Position numbers and translations under genes: made by a program
Shown here: piece after piece, positions 1-10,528 of the stretch
Numbering within the stretch: the stretch's first letter is position 1
Layout of the letters: every line of letters starts with the position of its first letter
The notes under the pieces: generated by a model
What the model saw: the letters and a program-made list of their open reading frames with translations, nothing else
Told to the model about the DNA's origin: nothing
Database searches by the model: none
Source of the DNA: Cyanophyceae cyanobacterium
GTDB taxonomy: Bacteria; Cyanobacteriota; Cyanobacteriia; Cyanobacteriales; JBHJGN01
Assembly: GCA_050331735.1 (NCBI GenBank)
Contig: JBHJGN010000011.1
Span: forward strand, 235,119 to 299,118
Length of the DNA: 64,000 nt
Reading direction: 5' to 3'

Positions 1-86
1 CGATCGCCTGGCCCACCCAAGAACCAGTATTGTCGAATAAAGACCAGGCAGGCAAACTGTTGAAAGAGGCGGAGGTATTTGCATGA
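1..86 (+). CDS. rfbC: dTDP-4-dehydrorhamnose 3,5-epimerase, 3' end (partial)
   Basis: Frame from base 3 reads IAWPTQEPVLSNKDQAGKLLKEAEVFA*, a typical RfbC C-terminus; its TGA overlaps the rfbD ATG (ATGA at 83-86). Confidence 0.88.
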   Translation, partial: IAWPTQEPVLSNKDQAGKLLKEAEVFA

Positions 87-958
87 AGATTTTACTGACG
101 GGAATCAATGGTCAGCTTGGTAGAGAACTCCAGGCTACGCTACCGTCCGTCGGAGAAGTCATCGGTGTCGGGCGAACAGAGATGGACTTAGCCCAACCAG
201 AGAGCATTCTCCAGGTGATTAACGAGGTTAAGCCCGACTGGATTGTGAATCCAGCCGCCTATACTGCTGTAGATAAAGCCGAAACCGAAACCGAACAGGC
301 AGTAGCTATTAACACGACGGCCCCGGCAACGATGGCACAAGTTGCACAGCGCCTCAACATTCCGCTGCTGCACGTTTCGACAGACTACGTGTTTAGCGGC
401 GACAAAAATACTCCCTACACCGAAGACGACGTGCCAAGTCCCCTCGGCGTTTACGGCAGTTCTAAACTCGCCGGAGAGGAAAAAGTCAGACAAAACTGCG
501 ATCGCTCGATCGTCCTCAGAACTGCCTGGGTCTACAGTGCCTATGGAAAAGGCAATTTTGTCAAAACGATGCTGCGGCTAGGCGCACAGCGCGAGGAACT
601 GCGGGTGGTGGCCGATCAGGTCGGCACTCCTACCTGGGCGCGAGATATTGCTGAGGCGATGACCGCCCTCATTACGAAAGAACCACAGCCATCTGGGCAG
701 ATTTACCACTTTACCAACAGCGGCGTTGCTAGCTGGTACGATTTGGCCGTGGCGACCTTTGAAGAAGCGCAGGCGTTAGGCCACCCGCTAGCCGTCAAAC
801 AGGTTGTCCCCATTACCACTCCTGAATATCCCACGACCGCCTCACGTCCCGCCTATTCAGTTCTGTCACAAAAAAAGCTCGCGGGTGTTCTAGGAACCTA
901 TGCCCCCCACTGGAGACAGTCGTTGCGAAAGATGCTGACTCAGTATCTACAACAATAA
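83..958 (+). CDS. rfbD: dTDP-4-dehydrorhamnose reductase
   Basis: GINGQLG Rossmann motif, AAYTAVDKAE, STDYVF, YGSSK; rfb operon context. Confidence 0.96.
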   Translation: MKILLTGINGQLGRELQATLPSVGEVIGVGRTEMDLAQPESILQVINEVKPDWIVNPAAYTAVDKAETETEQAVAINTTAPATMAQVAQRLNIPLLHVSTDYVFSGDKNTPYTEDDVPSPLGVYGSSKLAGEEKVRQNCDRSIVLRTAWVYSAYGKGNFVKTMLRLGAQREELRVVADQVGTPTWARDIAEAMTALITKEPQPSGQIYHFTNSGVASWYDLAVATFEEAQALGHPLAVKQVVPITTPEYPTTASRPAYSVLSQKKLAGVLGTYAPHWRQSLRKMLTQYLQQ

Positions 959-1079
959 ACAAACTAATTTGGTCACTGGTCACTGCTCAGTAATAATAAG
1001 GTTGACGGATGAGAAATTATTTAGTAATTTCGCACCAGAAGAGCTATTATTCTCCTTCCCATTTCTTAGCAGCGATCTT

Positions 1080-2153
1080 ATGAAAGCACTTATTCTTTCG
1101 GGCGGTAAAGGAACGCGGCTTCGCCCGCTAACCTATACAGGCGCAAAGCAACTGGTTCCCGTCGCCAATAAACCGATTCTGTGGTACGGGATTGAAGCTA
1201 TTGTTGCCGCCGGAATTACCGACATTGGCATTATTATTAGTCCAGAAACGGGAGAAGAAGTAGAAGCCAAAACAGGTAATGGCGATCGCTTTGGTGCCAA
1301 TATTACCTACATCCTTCAGTCTGAACCTGCCGGACTGGCTCATGCGGTCAAGATCGCGCAGCCGTTTTTAGGGGATGCTCCTTTCGTGATGTATTTGGGT
1401 GATAACCTGATTCAAGACGATCTCAACGCTTTCCTGGCTGATTTTAAAGATAGAAGTTTAGACTCTTTGATTCTCCTGCGCTCTGTGCCTAATCCGACGG
1501 CGTTTGGCGTTGCTAGGGTAGACGGAAGCGGGCGGGTCTTGCAGCTTGTCGAAAAACCAAAAGTGCCGCCTTCTAACCTAGCGCTGGTCGGAATCTACTT
1601 TTTCGCTCCCGCCATTCACGAGGCGATCGCGCGAATTCAGCCATCTGCGCGGGGAGAACTGGAAATTACCGATGCGATTCAAGTCTTAATCGAGGGGCAA
1701 AAAGCGGTAGAAGCTCGTCAGCTACAAAGCTGGTGGCTCGATACCGGAAAGAAAGACGACCTGTTAGAGGCTAACCGCATTATTCTCGATACTCGTTTAG
1801 AATTAGCTATTTTTGGTGAAATCGATGCTCCGAGTCAAATCATCGGGCGAGTGCAGATTGGTCAAGGCTCTAAAGTGATTAACAGCACGATTCGCGGTCC
1901 CGTGACGATTGGCAACAACTGCTTCATCGAAAACTGCTTTATCGGACCCTACAGCAGCATCGCCGATGGAGTAACGTTAATCGATGCGGATCTCGAACAC
2001 AGCGTGATCCTGCGGGAGGCCAAGGTGGCCGGCATCCACCAGCGAATTGTTGATAGCGTCATCGGACAGCGAGCCAAACTCATTGTCGCTCCGCAGCGTC
2101 CGAAAGCGTTGCGCTTTATGATTGGAGATGATTCTCAAATTGAAATCGTTTAG
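1080..2153 (+). CDS. rfbA: glucose-1-phosphate thymidylyltransferase (long form)
   Basis: MKALILSGGKGTRLRPLT..AKQL, RGELEITD, C-terminal beta-helix repeats; ATG at 1080 preferred over the TTG at 969. Confidence 0.94.
   Translation: MKALILSGGKGTRLRPLTYTGAKQLVPVANKPILWYGIEAIVAAGITDIGIIISPETGEEVEAKTGNGDRFGANITYILQSEPAGLAHAVKIAQPFLGDAPFVMYLGDNLIQDDLNAFLADFKDRSLDSLILLRSVPNPTAFGVARVDGSGRVLQLVEKPKVPPSNLALVGIYFFAPAIHEAIARIQPSARGELEITDAIQVLIEGQKAVEARQLQSWWLDTGKKDDLLEANRIILDTRLELAIFGEIDAPSQIIGRVQIGQGSKVINSTIRGPVTIGNNCFIENCFIGPYSSIADGVTLIDADLEHSVILREAKVAGIHQRIVDSVIGQRAKLIVAPQRPKALRFMIGDDSQIEIV
1282..1289. repeat. HIP1 octamer GCGATCGC (example; dispersed through the window)
   Basis: Also at 1623, 2372 and many other positions; characteristic of most cyanobacteria. 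Confidence 0.9.
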
Positions 2154-2169
2154 TTTGTGAGCGAGGACT

Positions 2170-3252
2170 TTGAATAACCAGACCAACAGAAAACCGCGCC
2201 GCATCATCGTTACAGGCGGTGCTGGATTTATTGGCTCTAACTTTGTGCATCACTGGTGCCGACAGTATCCAGAAGACCGCGTGGTGGTTCTCGATGCCCT
2301 CACCTATGCCGGGAATCGGCAAAACTTAGCAGATGTCGAAGAAAAAATTCGCTTTGTTAAAGGGGATATTGGCGATCGCTCACTGATCGATACGCTGCTG
2401 CGGGAAGAAAACATCAATATTGTTGCTCACTTTGCCGCCGAATCTCACGTCGATCGCTCGATCCTCGGTCCTGATGCTTTCATTCAAACAAATGTGGTGG
2501 GGACGTTTACCTTACTAGAAAGCTTTCGTCAGTACTGGCTCGAACGGGGACAGGTGGCAGACTTTCTCTTTCACCACGTTTCCACCGATGAAGTTTACGG
2601 CAGCCTTGGTCCTGACGACCCACCGTTTAGCGAGACTACGCCCTATGCTCCCAACAGCCCCTACTCCGCCTCGAAAGCGGGGAGCGACCATTTAGTACGG
2701 GCCTACTACCATACTTACGGCTTACCGACGGTGGCGACCAACTGCTCAAATAACTACGGCCCCTACCACTTTCCCGAAAAGCTGATCCCGCTGATGTGCA
2801 TTAATATTTTGCTCGGTAAGCCACTCCCCGTGTATGGGGATGGACAGAATATCCGGGATTGGCTCTACGTCGGCGACCACTGTTGCGCCTTGGACGTGGT
2901 AATCCACCAGGGTAAACCGGGAGAAACTTACAACATCGGCGGCAACAACGAGGTCAAAAATATTGATTTAGTCCATACTCTTTGCGAACTGATGAACGAG
3001 ATGGCGGTCGATCTACCCGTTCGCCCCGCCCAAAAGCTAATTACCTTTGTTAAGGATCGACCCGGACACGATCGCCGCTACGCCATTGACGCTACTAAAA
3101 TTAAAACCGAACTTGGCTGGACTCCGGCGCAAACCCTAGAAGGAGGACTGCGCTGTACCATTGACTGGTATCTTAAGCATCCAGACTGGTGGCAGCCATT
3201 GCTTTCACCCCAGTATCAGGACTACTATCGACAGGTTTACAGTGATAGTTAG
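2170..3252 (+). CDS. rfbB: dTDP-glucose 4,6-dehydratase
   Basis: [40 protein letters not shown]. Confidence 0.96.
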   Translation: MNNQTNRKPRRIIVTGGAGFIGSNFVHHWCRQYPEDRVVVLDALTYAGNRQNLADVEEKIRFVKGDIGDRSLIDTLLREENINIVAHFAAESHVDRSILGPDAFIQTNVVGTFTLLESFRQYWLERGQVADFLFHHVSTDEVYGSLGPDDPPFSETTPYAPNSPYSASKAGSDHLVRAYYHTYGLPTVATNCSNNYGPYHFPEKLIPLMCINILLGKPLPVYGDGQNIRDWLYVGDHCCALDVVIHQGKPGETYNIGGNNEVKNIDLVHTLCELMNEMAVDLPVRPAQKLITFVKDRPGHDRRYAIDATKIKTELGWTPAQTLEGGLRCTIDWYLKHPDWWQPLLSPQYQDYYRQVYSDS

Positions 3253-3363
3253 AACAATTGGCATTCAATTGGGATCTTTAACGCTTTGCTGGTTAGACGA
3301 ACCTTTCCTGTTTTTTGTCCAGGAATTTCCGTTCAAGGTCAGAATAATTCTGTCGCAGCTAAT

Positions 3364-3394
3364 AAAAAATGCCTAGCAAGAGTCATACTAGGCA
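3364..3394 (-). terminator. intrinsic terminator (minus strand)
   Basis: Minus strand TGCCTAG...CTAGGCA followed by a T-run. Confidence 0.65.
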
Positions 3395-3537
3395 AAACGA
3401 ATGCAAACAAATTTGAGCAACTAGTTTTATATGAGGTCGCGAAACCTATATCTCTATAAAATCATTCCTAAGACAGATTGCAAAGACAAAAAGAGTAATC
3501 TTGACGAAAAAAACAAGAAACTCACCTTTTTTAAAGT

Positions 3538-5040
3538 TTAGGTAGGACTAACTCTGTTTTTACCTTTAATAAAACATTCAGGAGTCCAGCTACCGTGTAA
3601 CCCGTAGGGAATATGGTGTTTTAGATGAGCGGTAGCGATTGGTCCCTGAGTTAAGTCTTGACCATCTAAAACGACGACATCGGAACGATGATGGCGGGCA
3701 TCGTACACCACTGCTAACACCCATCCTTCGTCTTCGGTTTGGGCATCGGATTTCGGCACAAACACGGGTTCACTAATAAAGCCCGATGGAGCAAAAGACC
3801 AAAGCTGTCGCTGTTGCGTTTTATAGTCTAGCTTGAGGATGGCCTGAAGAGGCGCATTGCCAGTTGCTTGATGAGCCGCACCGATGAATAAATAGCGGTA
3901 GGGACGACCAATTTTATCAGGATGCACCGCCGGAAACTCGCAGCAGCGCTTCTCAATTGGGCGACTTTGGACCGTATTCCCTCCTAAATCAATAGTAAAG
4001 CGCCATACCTGTCCCGGGTCGAGGGCTTCAAAATTCACATCTTTGTAGTTTGAACCCGGCTCTACTTCTGGAAAAGACTGATAGCAGATTGAATCAACGT
4101 TGAGCTTGTTTCCTTCTTCAAAAGCATTAACGTGGTGAAAAACAAATCCGGCTTGAGTCTCGAAGGTTTTCACCTCTTTGTAGGGAGGAGTCCGGGGAAT
4201 GACGACGATGCGGGTAGGCTTTGAGGCATGAAATTTAATGCATTCCCCTGCCCCTCGAAGTCCAAACACAAAGGGCAGCGGATTAAAGGTAACGGGATTT
4301 TGGAAGAAAACGCAGTAGTGAGGGGTAATGGCAAAGTCGTGTAAAAACGCAAAGCCAGGAATGCTGTGGGAATGCTGCCGCAGCAGTTCTCCTTGAGGAT
4401 TAAATTCGTAGATGGTCAGAGTCGTAGAAAGACCGGGTCTGAGGGAGAAATTGACCAAGCACGGCTTTCCATTATCTAGCGCACAGCTCGGATCGATCCA
4501 GGGATGAGCACCAAAAGAGCCGCCAGGAGCGATCGCTTCATCTAAGCGATCAATGCCAATTGTTTCTAAGGTGCGCGGATCGAGGCGATAGGGTTCTGCT
4601 GCTTCCCAGAGAGCCAGCAGTTTGTTCCCCCAGTAGATCACGCTGGTATTGGCAATATTCTTCAGCCGGAAATCAAAGGCGTTATTAAGCCACCCGCCCG
4701 GTTTTTGAGTGCCGAAAACTCCCCGATAGAGAATTTTCCCCGCCCGTTGTTCTTCTAGGTAGGCTTCTGTGCGCACAAAGCGATTGCGAAAATGAACTCG
4801 CCCTCCCTGAAAAGAAATGGCGCTGACCATACCATCGCCGTCGAAAGGATGGTGAATTGGGGAATTACCAACGTCTAACAAACCGGGACCGTTGCGAAAG
4901 AAGGTTCCCTGGAGTTCGGTGGGGATTTCTCCTTCGATATCCTCCACCCAGTAGTCATATTCGTGAGGTTGGGAGGCGTACCCCTGCTGCCACTCTTGGC
5001 GACTGTAGGATTTGGCTGTCTTCTCAATCAGATTCGGCAT
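3538..5040 (-). CDS. carotenoid oxygenase (apocarotenoid-15,15'-oxygenase / RPE65 family)
   Basis: FRNGPG, HPFDGDG, AHP, HDF, FHH, EPVFVP, GLHGSW metal-ligand pattern. Confidence 0.93.
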   Translation of the reverse strand: MPNLIEKTAKSYSRQEWQQGYASQPHEYDYWVEDIEGEIPTELQGTFFRNGPGLLDVGNSPIHHPFDGDGMVSAISFQGGRVHFRNRFVRTEAYLEEQRAGKILYRGVFGTQKPGGWLNNAFDFRLKNIANTSVIYWGNKLLALWEAAEPYRLDPRTLETIGIDRLDEAIAPGGSFGAHPWIDPSCALDNGKPCLVNFSLRPGLSTTLTIYEFNPQGELLRQHSHSIPGFAFLHDFAITPHYCVFFQNPVTFNPLPFVFGLRGAGECIKFHASKPTRIVVIPRTPPYKEVKTFETQAGFVFHHVNAFEEGNKLNVDSICYQSFPEVEPGSNYKDVNFEALDPGQVWRFTIDLGGNTVQSRPIEKRCCEFPAVHPDKIGRPYRYLFIGAAHQATGNAPLQAILKLDYKTQQRQLWSFAPSGFISEPVFVPKSDAQTEDEGWVLAVVYDARHHRSDVVVLDGQDLTQGPIATAHLKHHIPYGLHGSWTPECFIKGKNRVSPT

Positions 5041-5082
5041 GGGAATTAGGCAAGCTAAATGCGTTGAAGATATATTTGGTCG

Positions 5083-6549
5083 TTAGGTTTCTTCCTCTAC
5101 GGTGCTACTGACCAATTCTGGAAGAAGCTCAGGCAGTGCGGCTTGTTCAGTTTGAGCACCGGGAGGATGGGTTTCAAAAATCCCGGCGGTCGGGTGAGCA
5201 TGATGATCGCCGGCAGACATGACCTGTTTCTGGGGATCTCCTGCTGGCAGCCAGTTGAGGAGAGGCAACGGCAGCAGGGTGGAAAGATTGGTAATAACAA
5301 CCAGCAGCCAGAGATGCTCAAAATTGGTTTCTGTGACTCCAAGCCAGTGAGTCAGCGCCGCCCCTAGTTCGTGAGACAGCAGCCCCGCCAGGTTCCAAAT
5401 TGACATCAGCAGAGCAAATAGGGTGGCCTCAATTCCTTCTGGACACAGACGGGCTGCCAGCACCAGGACAGGCATAAAGGCAATCTGTCCCATGACGGTA
5501 AGCACTAGGCTATCGCCAAGGCTGAACCAATGGTCGTCGATGCCGAGCGCTCGGTTAGCGTGAGTCACCAAAATTAAAGTAGTGAGGCCCAGTGCAGAGG
5601 AAATCACCGTACTCCAGCCGAGGATGACCCGAAAGGAAACCTGCTTGAGAAAGCGTTGATAGATCCAAATACCGACAATGGAAGCCAGACTAGTGACTAG
5701 ACGCACTCGACCTAAAAATTCTGGTTCAAAGCCCAGTTCATTGGTCGTGAAGAAAAAGAAGGCGGAATCAGCACTGGGAGTTGCCTGCCACAGAAACACA
5801 AAAGCGGTGGGAAGCCAAATGGTTTTCTGCTTGATGGCCTGCCACAGTTGCCGCACCTGAGTCCTCACTTTTGGTGGGGCTGTTGAGTCTGAGTTGGCGG
5901 AGCGATCGCCAATTCTTGCTTCGGCAATTAGCCAAGCAACGGCAGAAACAATGAGAGGAAAGCTGGCAGTAATGCCGAAGACGGTCTGGTTGCTGAAGTG
6001 CTGCAATAGCCAACCGCTGAGATAGGCCGTAATCACGCCACCAACGGCTGAAACGCCCCAGGTAAGCGACTGTAATGACCCGGCTTGGCTCAGAGATTCT
6101 TTTCTGGCTCGTTCTACCACCAGTGAATCAACGATCACGTCACTTAGGGCAACCGAAATCGACGTTACCAGGATGGCAGCGGTGGCTGCCCAAGCCGTGT
6201 CTACAACGGTGGCGAGGGCTACCCAGGATAGGCAGCCGAGGATTCCTGATAGGATCAGGTAGGGGCGGCGACGATAGCCCAGAATCGGCAAGCCATCCGA
6301 CAAAAAGCCAAATACTGGTTTTACAACCCAGGGAAGCGCAGCGACTCCCATAAGCGCACCGACTTCCGCCGGGCTAAGCCCCAAATCGTCTTTGAGAAAA
6401 AAGCTAACGGCAAGCCGCGCTAAGCCGAGAACGCCTTGAACAAAATAAATGCAGAGAATGGCCAGTAATTCAGGGGTTGGCCGATTTCCCAAAAATACTT
6501 TCTCTTTGATTGATTCCTTGACGCTATCGATTTCAGCAGAGGCAATCAT
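5083..6549 (-). CDS. folate/biopterin (BT1/FBT) MFS transporter
   Basis: LPWVVKPVFGFLSDGLPILGYRRRPY, DVIVDSLVVE, LCPEGIEATLFALLMS; many TM segments. Confidence 0.92.
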   Translation of the reverse strand: MIASAEIDSVKESIKEKVFLGNRPTPELLAILCIYFVQGVLGLARLAVSFFLKDDLGLSPAEVGALMGVAALPWVVKPVFGFLSDGLPILGYRRRPYLILSGILGCLSWVALATVVDTAWAATAAILVTSISVALSDVIVDSLVVERARKESLSQAGSLQSLTWGVSAVGGVITAYLSGWLLQHFSNQTVFGITASFPLIVSAVAWLIAEARIGDRSANSDSTAPPKVRTQVRQLWQAIKQKTIWLPTAFVFLWQATPSADSAFFFFTTNELGFEPEFLGRVRLVTSLASIVGIWIYQRFLKQVSFRVILGWSTVISSALGLTTLILVTHANRALGIDDHWFSLGDSLVLTVMGQIAFMPVLVLAARLCPEGIEATLFALLMSIWNLAGLLSHELGAALTHWLGVTETNFEHLWLLVVITNLSTLLPLPLLNWLPAGDPQKQVMSAGDHHAHPTAGIFETHPPGAQTEQAALPELLPELVSSTVEEET

Positions 6550-6863
6550 GAATATTTTTTAACTTTTGTTGCTTTTTCTAGCATACCTCCTTGAGCTAAG
6601 CAGGCGATCGCCCTTTAGTGGGATGTTCAAACAATTTTGAAGACAGAGCGCATAGAAGCATTAATCAGCTAAGCTGGCAATTTTCAAGTCTTTCTTTGAA
6701 TAGTCGTCGATACAGAATTGTATAAATAAGTTTTAACTAACGTAAACAAGCATGTCATTCATGACAAAAATAAAACAATAAGTTGATAAAATTCTAGAAA
6801 AAGCAAGCATCTTCAAGCGACTTTTTTCAGTAATCACTTGTTAGTTAAAATTGGTATTAACTT

Positions 6864-7718
6864 ATGTTAAAGAAGATTTTGTATGCAGAATCAGGGACTG
6901 GCAATACTCAAGAAATGCTGAAAGTTTTGATGGATCTTCCCGCCATCAAAAATGCTTCTTTAACAATTTTACATGCCGTACCGCCTCAGATTACCTCCGA
7001 AGCCGTTACGGAAAAGTGGGAAGCAGGAGGAACAATCGTAGCCAATACGATCAAAAGCTTGAACCTCGACCCCAGTAATATTTCGACCATTTTGCGTCAA
7101 GGCGAACCCAAAGACATCGTTTGCCAGGTTGCTGATGAAATTGACGCAGATTTAATTGTTATTGGGTCGCGGGGACTGAAACGCTTAGAAGCAATTCTGC
7201 AAAATTCTGTGAGCCAGTACGTTTTTCAGCTTACTAACCACCCGATGTTGCTGGTTAAAGATGATATCTACGTCAAAAAAATCAAGCGAATTATGGTTGC
7301 GCTCGATAAATCCGAGGCAGCACAGTCCTCTCTTGAGCTTGCGCTCTTTCTCCTCAAAGACTATCCCAACTGCGAACTGATTTTAGCGCGCATCAATCCC
7401 GACCTCGATCCTGATTTACTGCCTCTTTCTAAATCAGAGATGGAGGCTAACCCCGTTCTCGCTCCCGCTATTGCTCAAGTCAAACGATTTGGAATTCCTT
7501 ACCGCTGCGTTGTAACGGGAGGGAAGCCAGGGGTGCAAATTTGCCAATTAGCCGAAGAGTATAACGTCGATCTGCTCATGCTGGGATCTCCAGACCGCCG
7601 TCCTTCCGTCGCCAAAAGCTTACCGGATCTCGATCGCCTGCTAGGAACTTCCTTGTCGGATTACGTTCGCGTTAATGCTAACTGTCCAGTGCTGCTAACT
7701 CGCAATGACGCAACTTAG
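6864..7718 (+). CDS. universal stress protein, tandem USP domains
   Basis: GEPKDIVCQVADEIDADLIVIGSRG and a second USP ending in GTSLSDYVRVNANCPVLL. Confidence 0.9.
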   Translation: MLKKILYAESGTGNTQEMLKVLMDLPAIKNASLTILHAVPPQITSEAVTEKWEAGGTIVANTIKSLNLDPSNISTILRQGEPKDIVCQVADEIDADLIVIGSRGLKRLEAILQNSVSQYVFQLTNHPMLLVKDDIYVKKIKRIMVALDKSEAAQSSLELALFLLKDYPNCELILARINPDLDPDLLPLSKSEMEANPVLAPAIAQVKRFGIPYRCVVTGGKPGVQICQLAEEYNVDLLMLGSPDRRPSVAKSLPDLDRLLGTSLSDYVRVNANCPVLLTRNDAT

Positions 7719-7792
7719 CTTTTAACCACTCTTAGAAACAATCAACTTGGAGTCAGCACCGTCAGTCCAGTATTCCCGTTGCCACTGAAAAG

Positions 7793-7820
7793 GGAGCCAG
7801 AAACTTTTTTCCCTGGCTCC
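7793..7820. terminator. hairpin between convergent usp and psbM
   Basis: GGAGCCAG...CTGGCTCC inverted repeat. Confidence 0.5.
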
Positions 7821-7843
7821 TAATATATCAAGATTTGACTCTA

Positions 7844-7951
7844 TTATTCGCTTTCTTTACTAGCTGTTTGAATATACAGAATTAGCAAAAAAACAGTGGG
7901 AACTAGTACAAATAAAATACTAGCGATAAAACCCAAATCGTTAACTTGCAT
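7844..7951 (-). CDS. psbM: photosystem II reaction center protein M (not in the ORF track)
   Basis: Manual translation [40 protein letters not shown] upstream; follows a 2Fe-2S gene as in other cyanobacteria. Confidence 0.97.
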   Translation of the reverse strand: MQVNDLGFIASILFVLVPTVFLLILYIQTASKESE

Positions 7952-8023
7952 TCGCTCCCTGCCTCTACATTAGCTCGATCTACCAATAGGATATCATCAA
8001 GTCTGATGAAATAAACGATTTAA

Positions 8024-8320
8024 TTATGGTTTAGTTTTAACGCTAACAGGGCCCTGAACCAAAGTTTGGCAAGAAAGACGATAGCTATCGGGTTTTTTCT
8101 TCAATTTCCGTTTTTCAACCTCTGTCTTCTCGGAAAGGTTCTCCATGCCTTCAACAATTTCGACGATACAGGTGCCGCATTGACCGTATCCACCGCAGTT
8201 AAACAGCTTTCCCTTGAGTTTGTAGATATCAATATTGTTTTGCAGTGCTTTTTCTCGTAAATTAGCACCATCGGCAGCAACAACTTCTTTTTCTTCTTTG
8301 ATAAATTTAATGTTAGCCAT
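8024..8320 (-). CDS. 2Fe-2S ferredoxin-like protein
   Basis: [10 protein letters not shown]...RLSCQ motif. Confidence 0.92.
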   Translation of the reverse strand: MANIKFIKEEKEVVAADGANLREKALQNNIDIYKLKGKLFNCGGYGQCGTCIVEIVEGMENLSEKTEVEKRKLKKKPDSYRLSCQTLVQGPVSVKTKP

Positions 8321-8381
8321 GCGCCCTCTATTTAACCTCTTTCTTCAATATTAAGAAATGTATAAAAGATTTACCAACAAA

Positions 8382-8549
8382 GCGCCGTAGGCGCAGGGAA
8401 AAGGGGAGCGGGGAAGGGGAAAAGGGAAAATAAATGAGTTTGTTCTTTAACTCTAGGTTTTGTCCCTGTCCCAAGGGGACAGATTTTCTTCCCCTTCCCC
8501 GTTCCGGAGGAACAGTTTTCCCTTTCCCCTTTCCCCGTCCCGGAGGGAC
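8382..8549. repeat. composite STRR-like/mini-hairpin repeat, copy A
   Basis: GGGGAAA-type and TTTCCCC-type heptamer arms carrying 13-nt hairpins at 8382, 8468, 8501 and 8537. Confidence 0.8.
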
Positions 8550-8554
8550 TACCT

Positions 8555-10528
8555 TTAAGGAAGGTCGAATAGTAGATTGTCTGGAATGTTGCTGACGGCC
8601 CGCTGAAGTTGGCTGAAGGACTGATTATAGGTAATGATGGCATTCAAAAAATTTCCTCTAGCCGTGGTCAGTTCCGTTTGGGCATCGATGACATCGGTTT
8701 GAGTGCCCACTCCTGCTTGAAATCTGAGTCGCGCTAAGCGTAAACTCTCTTCAGCAAGTTCAACGGCTCGCTCAGAGGTTTCAATATTTCTCGCATTCGC
8801 TTGGAGGCTGAAGTAAGCGTCTTCTACTTCTAAACGCACTTCGTCCCGCTGATTAGCGAACGTTGCTTCATCAATTTCAACATCTGTTTCTTCTTGATTA
8901 GCTCTGGCTCTAGCGGCTCCGCCATCAAAAAGTCGCCACTGTAAAGTTGCCCCCACAGAATAGCCATCCTCAAAACCCGTATCGGCGTCGTCTAAGTCTT
9001 CAGCAACGTCATAGCTGGCAAATAAACTAACTTGCGGACGAATGGCGGACAGCGCAATTTCTCGCTCCTGGCGGTCAATTTCTCGCTGCACTAACGATTG
9101 CTCTAGCTCGGCGCGGTTCTGAAATGCTAACACAATGGTTTCTGGGAGGGTAAAGTTCCAGGTTCCAGCTTCTTCAATTTCGTCAGCAGTCGTCAGCTCA
9201 ATATTAGGACCAACGCTGAGAGTTTCCGCTAGCTGTCGCCTAGCCGTGCGCTGGTCGGCTAGGGCCAACAGCAAATTTTGGTTGGCGTTAGCAAGTTCTA
9301 CCTCAGCTCGCAAAACGTCAAAGCGGGTTCCGAGTCCTGCTTGCTCTAGCAGTTGAGCGTCTCGCAGCGTTTGGGTGGCATCATCGACGGCAGCTTGCTC
9401 AATATTGACTTGAGCCTCAGTATTCTGAAGATTGTAGTATTCAGTAGCAACCTCCAGTCGGGTTTCTTCAGACAGCCTTTCGACATCTAATTCGTTGAAG
9501 CGGACCTGTCGCTCAGCAGCTCGAATCTGAGCTGGACGCAGCCCTCCGGTATAAAGTTGGTAATTAAGGACTAAACTGCCCGTAATACTGTCTTGGGCCG
9601 TATCGATATCATCAGTATCTGTAATATCTCCAGCGCCGCTGGGAGCAGTTGGGGTCACAGGCCCATCATCGGTCGTTTCTCCATCTGATTCGTCTGCATC
9701 TGGACCGGAATTGCCTCCATCTCCTCCATTGCCTCCTGTTCCTGGGCCGCCTGCTGTCTGAGGAGCGCGGAGCGTTGCCGCAGGGCCATCCGTGCCGGGA
9801 GTACCGCCGCCAATCGTGCCAGTATCAGTCCCGGGAGTGAAGCTATCGCCAAAAGTGATTCCGGACGTGTCTTGTTGTTCAACGGATAGCTGACTTTGAG
9901 GCGAATCAGAGCGACTAATCGTAAAATCAAAATCAAGAGTGGGAAATAAAGCGGCTCTTGCTTCTCGTAGCTGTTCGCGAGCCTGCTGTAGCTGGAGTCT
10001 GGATATCTGTAGCTCTCGATTATTTTGTTGCGCTACTTCAACGGCTTGTTCTAAGGTAATTGGCTGTACCGTCTCAATGTCAACTTCATCGGGGTCAGTG
10101 GGAAACAGCAGTGGATTGGCCCCAGAGTCGAGATCCGCAGCTCCCTCGCTAGGAGGCTCTGTCGGCTCTGGAGGGTCAAGCTCTTCTGGAGGTTCGGTTT
10201 GTGGAGAAATTGCCGGGTCTTCGACCTCTATTTCCTGAGCGATGTGCTGAATTTGCCGAAAATGGTGCTGAGAGCGATCGCGCCGGGGTTTCAGCCAACT
10301 CCTGGTGCTATTGCTAGCTGATGACCCTAATTGCGCTTGCCTTAACTGGTTCAGTAAGGAGGAAACCGCTGCTCGGTCGAGCGATTCTGTGTCTTGAAGA
10401 CGGAAGTGAGCGCGTGACTTTGATGATAAGGCTTGTGCCGTCACCGGTGCCTCGCATCCGCAGGCAATTATGACTCCAGCACTCACAGCGATGAAATGGC
10501 GAAATCCAAGCATCAGTTTTCGGTTCAT
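8555..10528 (-). CDS. TolC-family outer membrane efflux protein
   Basis: ITLEQAVEVAQQNN, LEQAGLGTRFDVLRA, RLRFQAGVGTQTDVIDAQ; signal peptide; long low-complexity insert. Confidence 0.92.
   Translation of the reverse strand: MNRKLMLGFRHFIAVSAGVIIACGCEAPVTAQALSSKSRAHFRLQDTESLDRAAVSSLLNQLRQAQLGSSASNSTRSWLKPRRDRSQHHFRQIQHIAQEIEVEDPAISPQTEPPEELDPPEPTEPPSEGAADLDSGANPLLFPTDPDEVDIETVQPITLEQAVEVAQQNNRELQISRLQLQQAREQLREARAALFPTLDFDFTISRSDSPQSQLSVEQQDTSGITFGDSFTPGTDTGTIGGGTPGTDGPAATLRAPQTAGGPGTGGNGGDGGNSGPDADESDGETTDDGPVTPTAPSGAGDITDTDDIDTAQDSITGSLVLNYQLYTGGLRPAQIRAAERQVRFNELDVERLSEETRLEVATEYYNLQNTEAQVNIEQAAVDDATQTLRDAQLLEQAGLGTRFDVLRAEVELANANQNLLLALADQRTARRQLAETLSVGPNIELTTADEIEEAGTWNFTLPETIVLAFQNRAELEQSLVQREIDRQEREIALSAIRPQVSLFASYDVAEDLDDADTGFEDGYSVGATLQWRLFDGGAARARANQEETDVEIDEATFANQRDEVRLEVEDAYFSLQANARNIETSERAVELAEESLRLARLRFQAGVGTQTDVIDAQTELTTARGNFLNAIITYNQSFSQLQRAVSNIPDNLLFDLP

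Noticed and set aside
969..1079. N-terminal extensions in the ORF track (rfbA; also the 32100, 35757 and 56548 starts)
   Set aside because: Family-typical N-termini begin at downstream ATGs
8371..8643. ORFs with repeated GTGKG motifs (also 15084-15302 and 18626-18883)
   Set aside because: They are translations of the intergenic repeats and overlap real genes
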